From the human T2T-CHM13v2.0 reference genome, Homo sapiens, in the NCBI RefSeq assembly GCF_009914755.1, contig NC_060937.1: a stretch of 64,000 nucleotides of DNA. The stretch is one strand, 5' to 3'. Made by a program: the position numbers and the translations under genes. The notes under the pieces are model-generated. The model was given only the letters and a program-made list of their open reading frames with translations, made no database searches and was not told the DNA's origin. This document shows positions 40,064 to 54,934 of this stretch, in pieces (position 1 is the stretch's first letter; each line of letters begins with the position of its first letter).

Positions 40064-41293
40064 ATGCCCCTAACACACCTATTCTGATTTCTGCCTACCC
40101 AATTAGTGCTCCCTGCAGAGACACTAACCTGAGCCTGTCTTCTCAGGCAACTGTTCCATGGTGCTCATTTTCTTTCCTCCATGACCCTCTCCTGAATCTT
40201 AGTTGTTTTTTATTCCAATTTTCCAGTATGCTGTTGGGGAAAAATGATATGAAATAAGTCTCAAATATTTAATAATTAATACCTAGGATTATTACATAAT
40301 CTATATATTTAGAGCAGTATTTATTAGAATACAATCCACATACCCAACTCACTGAGGATACTTAATGAAAATGCAAATTCCATTCCTGTGTCCCATTCTA
40401 GACCCAGTGAATCAGGATCAGAGTCTTAGAGATAGTATCCCAGGTGACTTAAGTTTGCTAAAACATAATGGCCTTTTGCATTTATGGAGTGACTTCATTA
40501 GTCATATGCCTTAACCCTAAAAAAATAAATTTCTATTTGGAAAATTTGGCAAAAATTTAGGGGCAAGAGCTGTGTGATTAGAGTCTTTTTTTGGGTAGCG
40601 GAAATATCTCCTTGATAACCCTCAATATCTCATGTAGATAAACTACTTATTATTCTTACTTAAAAGCTGGTTGAACTGATGATATCTTTTAAAGCAATAT
40701 CTGAACCTACTAAAATGGTTTCTTTTTCCTTGGTATTACTAAATATGCATTACAGTGTTACCAAATGAATCCTTGGCTTTTCCTAGCAGCCTGTGTTTTG
40801 TGATGAAGGCCACAGGAATGTGTTCAAGAGTTCCTGTACCTTTTCAATTAAAATGAGTTGCTAATTGCATCGGTGCTTGTAGAGGAAACCATTATATCAG
40901 CCTCATTGACTCTGCTTTCCCCCACTAAATTACAGTCAGTTGCCTGAAATGTAATCAATCCCTGTGTTGAAAATCAATCCTGTGTCTGCCTCTAGAGAAT
41001 TGTCACTCATTTTTCTCCGTATTAGAGCTATCACACCACACCAGTTACACAATGGATTCAGCCAAGTCAGAAGTAGAAGAAATCCCTGTCGCTATTGAAA
41101 ACCACAGATTAGGTGCAGGGTCACAGGCAATTACCCAACTGCAATGGAATCAAACACTCAGATGTTATGTGGTGTGAGTTCCTTAGCATCCTCCTGGCTC
41201 ATAGATCATGGGAGACCTGAGGGCAACCAAGTACCTGATTATAAATGGAGAGTCCTAAAGAAAGAAATTTCCTACTTTAAGAATAACGCAATG

Positions 41294-41656
<363 letters not shown>

Positions 41657-42849
41657 TCAAAATGACTTGACAAGGTATCATTGAAAGTCGGTGATATTTC
41701 AGAAGTCTGGCTTTCTTTAAGAAAAAAATCACATTCTTGTAAATATATAACTTATTTAAATTTAGTAAGGTAATATGTGTTGCATTGTGCATTTACGTAA
41801 GAAAGTAAAGATCAGAAGGCAAAGCTCTATGTTTCAGGAGGTGTCTTTGAAACACAAAATTTAAGGTCAGGCAGGGAGGGAGGGGCTGGGGCTGGTTGGG
41901 GGCTGGGAGGCATGCTGCGGGTTCAGATGGTGTGTAAAAGGTGTAGAGCAGGTGTTGAATGTGGCTTCATTTTCTAACTGAAGGACTAGAGAGCTGAAAA
42001 TGCAGTCAGAGAATTAAGGTCAAAAGAATATGTGTATAATCCATGCAAGTTAAACAGCTTTTAATTCATGGAAGAGAGAGTCAGGCTTCAAGGTTTAAGC
42101 CATCAGATTCTTTTCCACAAAAAGAAGAGAATATGCAGAAAAAGAAAGTCATTTTAGAATTTAGCATAATTCTTCAGAGAATTTACATAATTAAAAGAAG
42201 TAAAAATACAAGTTTAATTTTTTTCAAAATTATAAGTTTTTGATTAAGTATCTCGTGGCGAAATGGGGTATATTATGTGGTTCTTATGTGGTTTGGTCAT
42301 TTTATATGTTCACATATTTGCAAAACCTGAGAGACAGCAGGAATAATGTTCATTAACTATGATGTTTACAAGCAATTAACTTTTGCTGAAGTACAGAGAA
42401 CACATATACGCAAGTAGTGGGAAACAAGTCTAGGAAGAAATTATGGCTTAGTCATGGAGAAACTGCACTAACTTTAGTTGGAAGAAAATAGGGAGTCACT
42501 GGAGTTGTTTTTAGTAGGAGGTTGGCCTGAGAACATGTTATGAGGACTGATTTCCAATACTGGGCAGGATAAGTCAGATTTAAAAAAAAAAGAAATCAGG
42601 GAAACATTTCGGGGGTGTACCCCAACATTCCAGGAGCTGAAATGAGGAGGACTGAACTTGGAAATGAAATACAGGGAAAACAAACAAAAGGCCTGGTGCC
42701 AGAAGAACCCAACTCGAGTGGGTGGAATATCCTAACATATTCTGAGGCCAAACTCCTACTAAAAGAGACCAAGGGGATCACAGGAGACCAGAGTAAAAAG
42801 CACAGGGAAAACGGCCCTCAGAAGAAAAGCTGATGTCGGGGACAGTGAA

Positions 42850-43300
42850 ACATCATCTGGTTTGGGACAAGCTGAGTTGAAGTTCCCTGCATTTCACAGG
42901 CACTCACATGGGTGCCACAACACAGGAGAGAGGTCAGCCCTGGAAGCGGTGTTGAGGTGAATGGAGGGGAGCAAACCAGGGAAGGAGAGCAGACAAAAGA
43001 GAACAGAACTAGGGAGAGGACCTGGGTACAGGCAGGGTTGCAGCATGGAGCCCAAGAGGAGCCAGAGTGAATATTTAGAAAAGTAGGAGGAGAGTTAGCC
43101 TCACAGAGGTCAAGGGAAGAGGAAAATCAAAGAAGAAAGGGTTAATGCTTGCATGCGGAAAGTAGGATAGAGTAAGTTAAGCCATCGCGGGTAGGAGCCT
43201 GGTTGGTGAGCTTAGGAGAGCAGCTCTATTCAGGTTTGAGGGCAGCCTCTGGACTGTGAAGGGTGAGGATTAAGGGGTAGGAAAGTGTAGGCGCAGCACA
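42850..43300 (-). mobile_element. L2 LINE fragment
   Basis: Purine-rich antisense L2 pattern (gtttgggacaagctgagttgaag...gagaggtcag...agccagagtg). Confidence 0.5.
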
Positions 43301-44896
43301 ATGAATGTCCAAGATGTTTGCTCAGCATCCATTCATGGTTCTGATTCTTTCATTCTACCTAGGCTTCCTAGAAATTCCTCTCTCAAGCCCATTTTCTCCA
43401 TTCACTCATACAGAGTATTTCCCTTCCACCACAATGGAAGGCATTTTCACAAGCTGATACCAGCTGAATGTGTTAATGGAGTCTCATGATGAAATTCTAT
43501 CAGGCAGAGCATATTGTTATTGCAATATATTTTATTACTCTATTAGTACATGTTATAAAATATGTACTTATGAACAATTACTGCTACAATTTGATATAGC
43601 CAATCCATTGATGTAGGAATTTGGAGCAACAGTCATTTTTAGTAAAGAAATTGAGCTGAGTAAAGGTGAAATTCAAGATTCTATAGCATGTATGAAATGA
43701 AATGATCCATTTTAAAGACTGGCTATAACTATGCTACCACAGATACACTTTCATTTAAGACAAACCATTTCATTTAGAACAGTTAAGAATACATTAAAGC
43801 TAGGGAATTAAACTCAGATAAAAATCTCTTAACAAACTACCAACTGTTTCATCCACAAAGAACAGCAAAGCCTTTTTAAAAAAGAAAAAAACCCACTCCA
43901 CTTCTTTTTTGATTAATTGTTTAAAACTCATGCTAATTTCAGTAAAAGTAAGGATGATTATAGTCAGCACTTAGAAAATGAGAAAATGAATGATTTAAGA
44001 TGCAGACTGTATTAAAAAAAATCTGATCTCTGTAGAAATTATCAGTGCCAACAAAGATCTATGGGGTGAAAAAGACATTTAAAGTTGGTGCAGAACAGAT
44101 ATAGGGAATTTTTATATGAAGAAAAAGATAAATCAATTAAAGCAGGAACCGTGCTGTTTATTGTGATAAATCATATTAATATAACTCTTCTGAACAAGAT
44201 ATTCAACTGAAGAGAGGAGACATACAAATAAATCAGGATTTTAATTCACTGCTTTTGCTTTTGGATGCCAGAAGACAATGCCACACATTTATAGCTATGT
44301 CTACACAACCGCAAACAAATGCTTTGCCAGGAAGCACCATGTGCGGCACTGTTTATGAGCACGCCCACAGCAGGTCCCAAAGAATAACACATTTCCAAAG
44401 AGGGGGAAAGCGTGGAGATCAGAGCTTTGCTCAGAATGACCTTCTAATGATTCTCAATAACGGCAAAAGGATTCAGTTTCATAAAATCAGTCAAGCCAGT
44501 TTTATATTTTTTTTCTTCTAGCTCATTCACCAGACATTTATTGAGTGCTGATGAGCAGGCAGGTCCTACGGAAGGCATTGCAAATTTTGTGTGGAGTGAA
44601 ATGCCTCTGCTTAGATTGTCATTGCTGTTTACCTTATAACCTTGTGGCCCAGACTACCTACCACGGGCTGACTGATTGCAAGCTGACCTTTTCCACCAAT
44701 GCTGGGAAGCTGTGGCTGTAGACGATAGGATCTGCTCCTGTGTGAGTATTGATGAAGTGGTTTTCTTGAGACCTTCTACGTTTGCAGGACTCGGTCTGGT
44801 GGGAGAGAAAAATGAAGTCCTAACAAGCTGCAGGGGACCCTACCTACAAATCCTTCTTCTGCCCTAACATAGGTCATTGTGGTTGTATCGATGTGA

Positions 44897-45257
<361 letters not shown>

Positions 45258-45344
45258 AGAACTAAGTATCATATGATCTTACAAATGTAACCTGATCAGA
45301 AGTAAAAGTTCTACCTTTTCTCCTCATGCTTGTTCTTAGTTAGG

Positions 45345-45570
45345 GTACTTAGTGCAATAGTTAAGAAAATAATATGAAATCTGATTATCTAGGCTGAATT
45401 CTAAATGCAGTATTTAATAGCTGTGTGATTGCATGTAAGTGATTCCACTGCTGTGCCTCAGTTTCTCATCTGTAAAATGGGGATAATTATAGTTTCTACT
45501 TTGTATAGCTTTGGGAGGATTAGCACCCAATACCTGATATTCTGCACATTCATTAATGCTAGCTAACTAG
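45345..45570 (+). mobile_element. MIR SINE
   Basis: ctgtgcctcagtttctcatctgtaaaatggggataat core. Confidence 0.8.
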
Positions 45571-45694
45571 TTAATCTTAGTTTTAAAAGTGTAAAAATTG
45601 TGATAACAGAATAACTAATACTCAGTATGTTCAGTGTTTTACCATTTTGCATGGCACTTTTTTATGTATCACGTATGATCAAAAGGTAAGGCCT

Positions 45695-46095
45695 GGATAA
45701 AGAAAATGAGGTACATATACATCATGGAATACTATACGGCCATTAAAAATAATTAAATCATGTCTTTTGCAGCAACATGAATGCAGCTGGAGGCCATTAT
45801 CCTAAGCAAATTAACACAGGTACAGAAAACTAAATACTGCATGTTCTCATTTATAAATGGGAGCTAAACATTGGGTACACATGGACATAAAGATGGGAAC
45901 AACAGACACTGAGGATTCCTAGAGGGGGGATGGATGGAGAGTAGGAGGGGGGACAAGGGTTGAAAAGCTAACTATTGCATACTATACTCACTATTTGGGT
46001 GACGGGATCCATTGTACTCTAAACCATCACACAATATGCCCATGTAGCAAACCTGCACATGTACCCCTTGAATCTGAAATAAAAGTTAAAATTAT
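45695..46095 (+). mobile_element. truncated L1PB-type 3' end
   Basis: tggataaagaaaatg...gcagctggaggccattatcctaagc...gcacatgtaccccttgaatctgaaataaaagt. Confidence 0.85.
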
Positions 46096-46279
46096 ATATT
46101 TTTTAAAAGATAAGTGTGGTCAAATGACTTCATAGAAGATAGTTTTCCAGAAAAGGTTTGTAATGGCTGACAGTAAGTAAACCTCCTCATCTCCTCTTTC
46201 CAACCCTTTTTTATTGTGGAAATCGCATTACCAAAGAGCAACAAGACTGATTGAAGAAGTGAGGGGCAGGGGAGCTCCA

Positions 46280-46720
46280 CACTGGAAAGCACTCAGATGT
46301 CCATACATAATAAAATGAATAAGTAATTGGGATTTATTCAAACAGTGAAATTTAACACAGCAATGAAAATGAATGCATCGTAGCACACAACACCATGGAT
46401 GAATTCTAAAAACATAAGATTGAATAAAAGAAATCAGACACAAAAGATACATATTCAATGATTCCATTTACAGAAAGTTCAAAAAGTCAATATTTAGGCG
46501 TGCATAGTGATGATCATAAAAGTGAGTCGTGATTCCTGTGGCATGGAGGAACTGATGATGGGAAGAGACATGTGGGTGTGGTGGGGGATATTTCTGGAAT
46601 TCTGCCAAAATCATATTTCTTGGTCTGTATGATAGCTACCTGAGTATTTGCACGTAACAATTTTTAATGCTGTGTATTTACACTTTGATCATTTTCTTTT
46701 CATGTATTGTAGTTTACAAA
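46280..46720 (+). mobile_element. L1ME-type 3' fragment
   Basis: caaccatggatgaattctaaaaacata...atgattccatttacagaaagttcaaaa. Confidence 0.65.
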
Positions 46721-47999
46721 AAGTCTTTAATTCCAGATGTAAGTTTATAATTTTTAAAATGAGAATAAACAGTCTATGAGGAAAGGTGTCAGAAACCTAA
46801 GCTAAAAGCAAGTGGAGTAAATCTCTTTGTTATATCCATATGCCCCATTTTTCCACATATCTCTCCGTGTGTCTTCACCAACTCAATTCCCAACATCTTC
46901 CAATCATAAAAGGTTGAAGGATAATTATAAATAAATGCAGATTACTGCAACAAGCACTAAGGATATTCTCACAGTGCACATGAGGGATCTGATTCTGCTT
47001 AGATGGGAACAACAAAACCTGGATAATCAAGATGATGAAACATATTGTTGAGAGATGCTCTTTTTTGAGGAGAAAAGTGATGAACATATGTTCTAATTTA
47101 GATAATCTGCTCCTCGTCTATTTCAGACTCTAAGTTTACTCAGCTAACCTTTTTACAGAAATAGGAAAAAGTGCTGGATAATAATGATTCAGTACAAGTC
47201 CATTCTCATGTTCCAGTTAATGGCTCATAGCAACAGCTATTCTACTGATCCATTTGTAACATTTTAAACAAGAAAAGTTTTTCTGGCCTAAAACTAGTGA
47301 CTTTGAAACTATCTGCCCTGTAATGTTGACCTTCTTCAGAGAAACAATTTAAATGTATAAATATAAAGAAATATAGTTAAGTAAAATCCATAAGATGAGA
47401 GAAGAAAACCGTCCTCTTTAAGACAACAGTCTGTAAGGCTATATTGTTTTCTTGATATTGCTATGCTGGGAACCAGAAGGTCATATGGATCCCACCTGGT
47501 TCTGTTCTCTATCACAACACCCTTGAAGGGTTATTGACCTAGGCATTTTATGAAGAAGATGAATGAATTGAGAATGACTGAACCCATATAAAAGTGGTCT
47601 GGTACAACTTTGCTTTAGTTTGACCTTTTTGAGAGCCAAAGATAAAGTCCAATGAAACATTTTATTTTCTATGAGGATATTGTTGGGGTATTTCCTCATC
47701 ACATCACGTTGGAAAGTCTCAGTACCTAGACCAACTGGCTTCCCCTAAATAACTGATGTTTGTCCTACAGATACAGTGATTCAAGCGACTGCCTCATTTT
47801 TTGCATTGGTTATAAGGAATTGTAGCACAAAATTTGAAGTCTATTATAAACATGGGCAGACTTTGGTTTGATTTTATATCTTATATCCATATTTTGATTT
47901 TCCCTGGACTTCTGTATTTGCTCATTTTGATCATGTAAGTTGCATTTTCCAGAATGTAATGGAGTGTAAGTAATTGCATTTCCCCACCCCAAAATGAAG

Positions 48000-49330
48000 C
48001 CTCTTAGTTGATTAGGTCTGTAGTTCTAGTCTCCCAAGCAACTGACAACTGCATGATAGACTCCACCTAGATTTTCCATAAGCATATCAAATACATATGA
48101 AATTCCCAAAACCTAGTCCTTCTGTGTCCTCTACTCTGTCTTGATAAGTGCCACCATGCACTTGGTTACTCAAGTCAGTATTCTGGGTGTCATTCTTGAT
48201 TTTTCTTCTCCCTATACAATTTGCAAGAGTTTATATCACCTTAAACTCCCAAAAATCTCTTGAATCAATTTTTTAAATTTACTTCCTGATAGGGTTTGTC
48301 TCTGTGTCCCCACCCAAGTCTCATGTTGAATTGTAATTCTCAATGTTGGGGGAGGGACTTGATGGGAGGTGATTACATCATGGTGGTGGTTTCCCCCTTG
48401 CTGTTCTCATGATAGTGAGTGAATTCTCACAAGACTGGGTTGTTTGAAAGTGTGTAGCACTTCCCCCTTCACTCTCTCTCTCCTGCTGCCATGTGAAGAC
48501 ATGTCTGCTTCCCCTTTGCCCTTCCACCATGATTGTGAGTTTCCTAAGGCCTCCCCAGCCATGCCTCCTGTACAGCCTGTAGAACTGTGAGTCAATTAAA
48601 CATATTTTGTTTATAAAGTTCTTTATAATTTCTTTATAAATTACCCAGTCTCAGGTAGCTTTTTATAGCAGTGTGAGAATGGACTAACGTACCAGCCTGT
48701 CGCTGGCCACTAGTTTCAGCCACCTGCCCTCTTTCTCCTAAACACATGCTAACCCTCACTGGCATCCCTGCTCTAGTCTTCCACCCCTTCCATCCATGGC
48801 ACACACTCCTTCAGGAGGCATCACTCTAACACTCAGATGTGAAACCATTACTGCCTGATTGAATGTTTTCTCAATAATCCTCATTATCTATAAGAAAAAG
48901 CAAAATTCTTTAGAATGATCCTAAATGACCTTTATAGTCTGAACTCCTAGGCCTTCTCCTCTGCTCCTTGAACACTTGTGGTGCTAGAAACATGCCAAAC
49001 TCTTTCATTTTCACACACATGCCATTTCTTCCCCTTAAATTTCTTTCCTCCTTGGAAAGGGCTACTTCCATTTGTCTTCAGGTCCCTGCATACCTTACCT
49101 CTGAGAAGCGTTCCCTGACATTCAGGCAAGCTTTGGCATACCTTCCCTCATGTTCCTACAGATTCTGGCCCATATGTCTATTGTAGAAATTACCAGGGTG
49201 CTTTGAAATTACTTCCTCGTATATCTCCTTTCTAGACAATACCTCCCTGTTTTCAGGTACTATGTCTCACTTTTGTATCTCAGGGCCTAGCATAGAATGC
49301 ATCCTCAGTTAAATAAATTGATAAGTAAGT
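48000..49330 (+). mobile_element. L2 LINE 3' region, split by an MST LTR
   Basis: gtcattcttgatttttcttctccc...ctgagaagcgttccctgac...gtatctcagggcctagcatag. Confidence 0.65.
48287..48691 (+). mobile_element. MaLR solo LTR (MSTA-like)
   Basis: tgatagggtttgtctctgtgtccccaccc...ttataaattacccagtctcagg...gagaatggactaa. Confidence 0.9.
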
Positions 49331-49392
49331 AGTAGATGGCAGGTTTATATTAGATGGGGCCAGATACGAGATTCAGAAGCAATAGACTAAAG

Positions 49393-49615
49393 CAGGGGGC
49401 AGCAAACTAAGGCCCACAGGTCAAACCTGAACCACTGCCTGTTTTCATAAATAACACTTTCTTGGAAAATAACCATGCCTGTCTGCTTACATATTGTTAG
49501 GGCTGCCTCTGTAATTCAATGGCAGAGTTGAATATATTTGACAGAGATTGCATGGCTCACAAACGCTGAAATATTTATTATTTGTCCCTTCACAGAAAAT
49601 GTTGGCTCACCCCTG
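49393..49615 (+). mobile_element. MER58A hAT MITE
   Basis: CAGGGG...CCCCTG TIRs with a degenerate 8-bp TSD gactaaag/aactgaag. Confidence 0.85.
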
Positions 49616-49849
49616 AACTGAAGACATACTTATGAGCTAGAGTCATGAACCCCAGAGTGTGTCCTGCTATATTACAATGTCAATTACACTAAATATACAG
49701 ATTTACTCTATAAGATTTCCTTTTCTACTGCCTTGCTCCCCTGTAAAACCAACACACACACCTCTGCAATCTGAAACCATATTAGCTTTCAAACTCCCTG
49801 CAGCCAACTCAAGCTTATTGAGATTTAGGCTCTTTTGTTTATCTAACTA

Positions 49850-50335
49850 TAAGTGCAGAGACTGCTAATTGTTCCTCTGTTTAGTCTTCCCTGATTTATT
49901 TTAGTAATGTACTCCCCTGAGTTTTGCGTGGCACTGAACTGCCCACCTAGAGAATATCCTGCCCTGCCTCTCTTGCAAGTAGGTTTCACCATCTGAGGAT
50001 GTTCAGGCAAACGGAATGTCAACAGAGTGATGTGTGCAATTCAGAGTTTCTGCCCTTAAAAGAAGACTTGCTCTACTTCCTCTCTCCTCCCTCTTTGGGT
50101 TGGAATATGAATGTGGAGGGGATGACCAACCCTGATCATATAGACAAGGACAATGCCTTCAAGAGCAACAAGATAGAGGAAACCTGGGCTCCTTTTTCAT
50201 CTCACAGAGCACTCTTAACCTCCTGGACTACCCTCAAACCAGACGTTTTTGTAAGAGAAATAAAGCTTTCATCTCTTTTATACTACTATTATTTCAATAA
50301 TTGTCACAATGGCCAAACCAATATCCTAACTTTTC
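49850..50335 (+). mobile_element. old ERVL LTR (LTR16-like)
   Basis: gcagagactgctaattg...cctctcttgcaagtagg...gtgatgtgtgcaa...gagaaataaa...atcctaac. Confidence 0.5.
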
Positions 50336-51773
50336 ACTTAACTTCTCTCTCCACGTCCTGTTTTTCCGTTAATACTTAGATGTCCTCTCCCTCTATCTGA
50401 CCTCAGCAGAGCTCTACTTTTTATCTTAGCCACTCTCAAGTTAGAAAGCTATGCAGAAGTTTCACTTTCAACCACTCTTTCTAAACTCTAAGTCTTTCCC
50501 TGAAATCTCACCCTTTCTTAAAGCCCTCATCTTTCCAGTCCCTCCCCTTTTCTTTCTACCTCTATATTCTTCTGTTCCAAAAATAATAAGGAAAGAAAAG
50601 GAAATTTCCAGCCCTTCTGATGCAGTCCTTATTCATACTTTTCTGCTTTTCTTTCCTCATTGCCCCCATGAGGAACTGAGCAGGCAAGGACACAATCCTT
50701 CTTAGAGGATGTAAGAAGGGGAAAAGCAAAGTCAGAAAAGTCTTACTTCTCTTTAATGGTAAAGTGAAGATGGCTGTAAATACTAACAGCTATAAATTTT
50801 TGGAAGTGTGACCATGGCAGACGTTAAGAATTTGAAATGTGATGAACCTAATATAAAAATGCCATTAGATCGCTATGAAGGCCACTGAGTATTAGGTAAG
50901 TGGTGTTTTAGGGAAGGTATGCAGAAAGCAGGAGATAGATTGAATTGGATGGTTTTGGCTGGAAGCCAGGAGGCTGTTTAGGAGGTAAGTAAGTCCTGTT
51001 CTAGGATGATGCAGTGGAAATAGAAAATAGGAAAACATGCCCACTAGATATTTAAAAGAATCAAAGAGAATGTTGATGGCAGATTGGTGGATAGGGAAGC
51101 TCCATAGTTGTCATCCTTTCTAACAAGAATATTTTCCTCAATATTTGGTCATGTAAGTCCTTTGGTACTGTAGAGGGTGTAAGGAACTTAAAGGAGGGAA
51201 TAAAATAAGTGAATATATTTCCAGAGCACTGCACAGTAAAATATATGCAAATGAAATCACAAGTATGCAAATGAGTAAACCTGGATGAAATGCCACTTCT
51301 TACGTAAAACGGTTAACATGCTTTCCAAAGGGCACGTCAGGTACATGCTGGTGAATCTAATTCTGTTCTAGCATTAATAGCTTCAGGTTTGGGACATCAA
51401 TGAACAATTTAAGTTTAGCCTGCTTTTAATTTCTCTGCACAATCCCCTCTAAGTTCTGCATGACATCCAGCCTTCAATGATTATTAAATAAATCTAATGA
51501 AATTGAACTAACTAGCATTATGCAAATTATCCCTAATCTTTTGCCTCTCTGGAAGCATTGTTCATGATCTTCAGTGGAGTTAAGGTTGGAATCCTCACAA
51601 TGAAAACCAAAAAAAATTTGTTTTTACTCCACTTCTGGAAAGCAAAAGTTCTGCTTGCAAACAAAAGCAATGTGGTTGGTGGATAGGGTGATAGTTCTAC
51701 ATCCGAAGACCTGGGATCAAGTCTGGTGCTACCCAACTGCCAGCCACATATAATCCAAATATCACCATGTCCA

Positions 51774-52343
51774 TGTGATAGCTAATTTCAGATGTCAATT
51801 TGACTGGATTAAGGAATACCAAGAGAACTGGTAAAGCATTATTTTGGGGTGTGTCTATGAGGCTGTTTCCAGAGGCAATTAGTGTGTGAGCCTGAGTGGA
51901 CTAAGTGGGGAAAGATCTGCCTTCAATGTAGTCAGGCTGAGGGCCCAGAGAGAATTACAAAGGAGAGAAAAGGATTTCCCTTCGCTTTCTCCTGCAACTG
52001 GGACATGTACACTCTTCTCTTCCTGACATCAAGACTTCAAGCTCTTTGGCCTTAGGAATCCAGGACTTACACAGTTGTCCACCTCCCCACCTTTGCCTTC
52101 TCAGCTTTTCAGGTCTGTGAACTCAGCCTGAGAATTACACCACCGGCCTCCACAGTTCTGAGGATTTTGAACATGGACTGACCATGCTACCAGCATCCCA
52201 GAGTCTCCAGCTTGCAGATGGCTTGCCGTGGGACTTCTCAGCCTCCATAATTATGTGAGCCAATTCCCCTAATAAACCCCCTCTCATATCTCTCTATATA
52301 TATCCTATTGGTTCTGTCTGTTTGTAGAACGCTAACTAATACA
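51774..52343 (+). mobile_element. ERVL solo LTR (MLT2B-like)
   Basis: tgtgatagctaatttcagatgtcaatttgactggattaagg...tatcctattggttctgtc...ctaactaataca. Confidence 0.9.
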
Positions 52344-53309
52344 CCCATGTACCCAGGGCTTCTGAAAAGCCAAAACACTGCAAACATTTCCACTCCTATC
52401 TCAATGTTTTAAGAAATTTCAAAGTCTTCATACATTCATAATACAAAATTAAACTTTACAACCCTTTTCAGATATCTCTTTCATGGTTTAGAGTTTGTCA
52501 GGGAGGAGTCAAAGTCCCTTCTCTGTCCCACTCACTTCCTCCCACACATTCTTACCTACAGGCAGCTTGCCTTTTCCTCCGCTAGTAACTCTCTCTTGCA
52601 GACACAGCCCCTTCATGGCTATTCTGGAATCTGCCCATTACCTCAACTCTGCACACCAGCTGCAGTGAGGAGGGAGTCTCTTAATCTTTCCACATTGATC
52701 ATCTTTGAATCTCCAATCTTCTCCTGAGTCTTCATTTCAGTATCTATGAATTGGGGATGCTACCTGCCTAGTCTACTCCATAAGATTGTTCTGAAGGCTC
52801 CACGTCACATTAGATGTAAAAGTACTTTAAAATATGTTAAATTATTGTAAGTGGCAAGTCATCATTATTTTTAGATCAGGTGTTTTTTTTTTTTTTCACT
52901 CTCCATGAACTTCTCTCAGGGAGGAAAAAAATGTTGTAAGTTCTCCCATTGTGGAGCATTTGTGGGTGAAAAGAGAGCTCTGCCTGATCTCTGTGTCTCC
53001 CTCAAGCAACATCCCTCCCTTTCTTTCCCTTCTGAGCCAAGCTTTTGGGAAGCATTGTTAGCACTCATTAGCTCTCTTTCCTAACCATCAATTCATGCCC
53101 CACTGCTCCACTGCATTTCCGGTGCTTCTGCTAAGGACATCACTATCTAGCAACGAAACCAAACTGTTGTGCCCACCCCCCTTCCTTCCTTTGATTCCAT
53201 CTCTCAGAGAGGGTCTCCTCTTACCTCTCCATCATATTCTCTTTCCCAGTGTCCTCTTCACTCAGTCCCTTTAAATGTTTGCATGACACTGGGGCATTCC
53301 TAATGACTG

Positions 53310-53760
53310 CACTAGGTACCAGCTCATCTTGAGCACCTACCATGCATCAGACACTTCACCTTTCCCATCTCACCCTCACAACAATCATGTAAGATTTGTA
53401 TCTCCTCCTCATCTTACAGATGAAGACACAGAGGCTCCAGGAGAACATGAGTGCTGGCCAAGACCACACACCCCATAAACCACGAAGCTAGAATCCACAT
53501 CCTGGGCCTCACTCTCCAGAGCCCGGCTGCCTCCCTCCTCTCTTCAGGCTTCCTGAGTTTGTAGCTTGGTTTTGTTATTTATTTGCTGAGCTCAAATCCT
53601 GGCTTACTTAACCTCTCTAACTGCCCATTTCCTCAACTGGAAAATGGGGCTAATGATAACACAGACCTTTTAAGTTGTTGTGAGGATCATTAGATAATGT
53701 TTATAAACTACTCAGCAGAATGGCTAGTGCAGAGTAAGCCTCAATCAATGTTATTACTAC
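53310..53760. mobile_element. two MIRs (- about 53310-53530, + about 53590-53760)
   Basis: ttacagatgaagacacagaggct core, then ctcaaatcctggct...aaaatggggctaatg...gttgtgaggat. Confidence 0.7.
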
Positions 53761-54199
53761 TTTTTATTATGTTCGGTACCGTTGTCTTTTCTCTACACAC
53801 CCGCTCTTTGGTCAGGCTCACCTACACACACAGCTCCCAGCAGCACCTACATGTGAGAAATCCCCACCCTTTATGGCCAGCCCAGACTTCTCTACTGAGT
53901 GCTAGGTCCATATGCCCTGTCACTGGCTAGATTTCCTCCCCTTTGATATCCCATGCACACCTCAAATGTGACAAACTCACGGCAGATCTCACCCGCATCC
54001 TCCTGTAAATCTACCTCTTCTCTGACTGCCCTACGCTGGTGACTGGCAGGTCCCCCTGAGTCATAAACTTGGGCTTTGTCCTTGACTCCCATGTCTCCCC
54101 GGTTTCACTGTTCCAGCAACATTTGATCAGTTACTTAATCCTTCCTCTTAAACATCTCTCTGAGTCATCCAGCCTCTCCTGGATATTGCCTTTGTCACT

Positions 54200-54408
54200 G
54201 CTGAGTCTGTCTTGATTTAAATTTTTGATATTTTAATAATAAAATTTTTTTGATATTTTGTTCATCATGTATTTTGTGCACACATATTTATTTCTAAAAA
54301 TATTGCATTAAAATATTATTTATTATTAATAACTTGGGGTTTTAGCACTTCCTTAAATTTTACATCAGAGATAAGCACCTCACTTGCCTTACCTTATTCT
54401 TGGTCCTG
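54200..54408 (-). mobile_element. MER96B-like hAT-Tip100 fragment within L2 sequence
   Basis: ttttgatattttgttcatcatg...aatattgcattaaaatattatt...cacctcacttgcctta. Confidence 0.7.
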
Positions 54409-54934
54409 CAGACAATTTTTCTCCCACTGCAGTCTCCTATAGTATCCTGCCAGTATTGTATTTCCAAAACGTAAGTAGCTCAAGACACACCCTTGTTTCA
54501 ATGCATTCAGTGTCTCCCGAGCTTTGCGATTCCACACCACCTCCACCCCTCCCCCTGGACCCTCTGATCCAGCAATAGGAATCCATGTCTTTTTCTTAAG
54601 GTGGCCCCACTTTTACATCTCTGTGCCTTTGGAAACAACAATAGCCTTTGGATAGTGATTTTTTGACTATCCTTTAGTTATCTGGGATGGTTGGAAACTG
54701 GTTATCCTTGCAAATAGCTCAATGCTTAGGCTTTTACTGATAAAATCTAAATTTCAACTATACTGTATCAAAATCCATCTAAAACTTATGACACATCTCT
54801 GTGGTCTTCCATATATAACACATTCATGACTTTAAATGCTCTTTATGACTCAGCCTCATGCTAAGCCTCAGTTATGGTGCTTTTCTATAATCCCGTGATG
54901 CCAACCTCAGGAGCCATTGAGATTTGTAAGCTGG

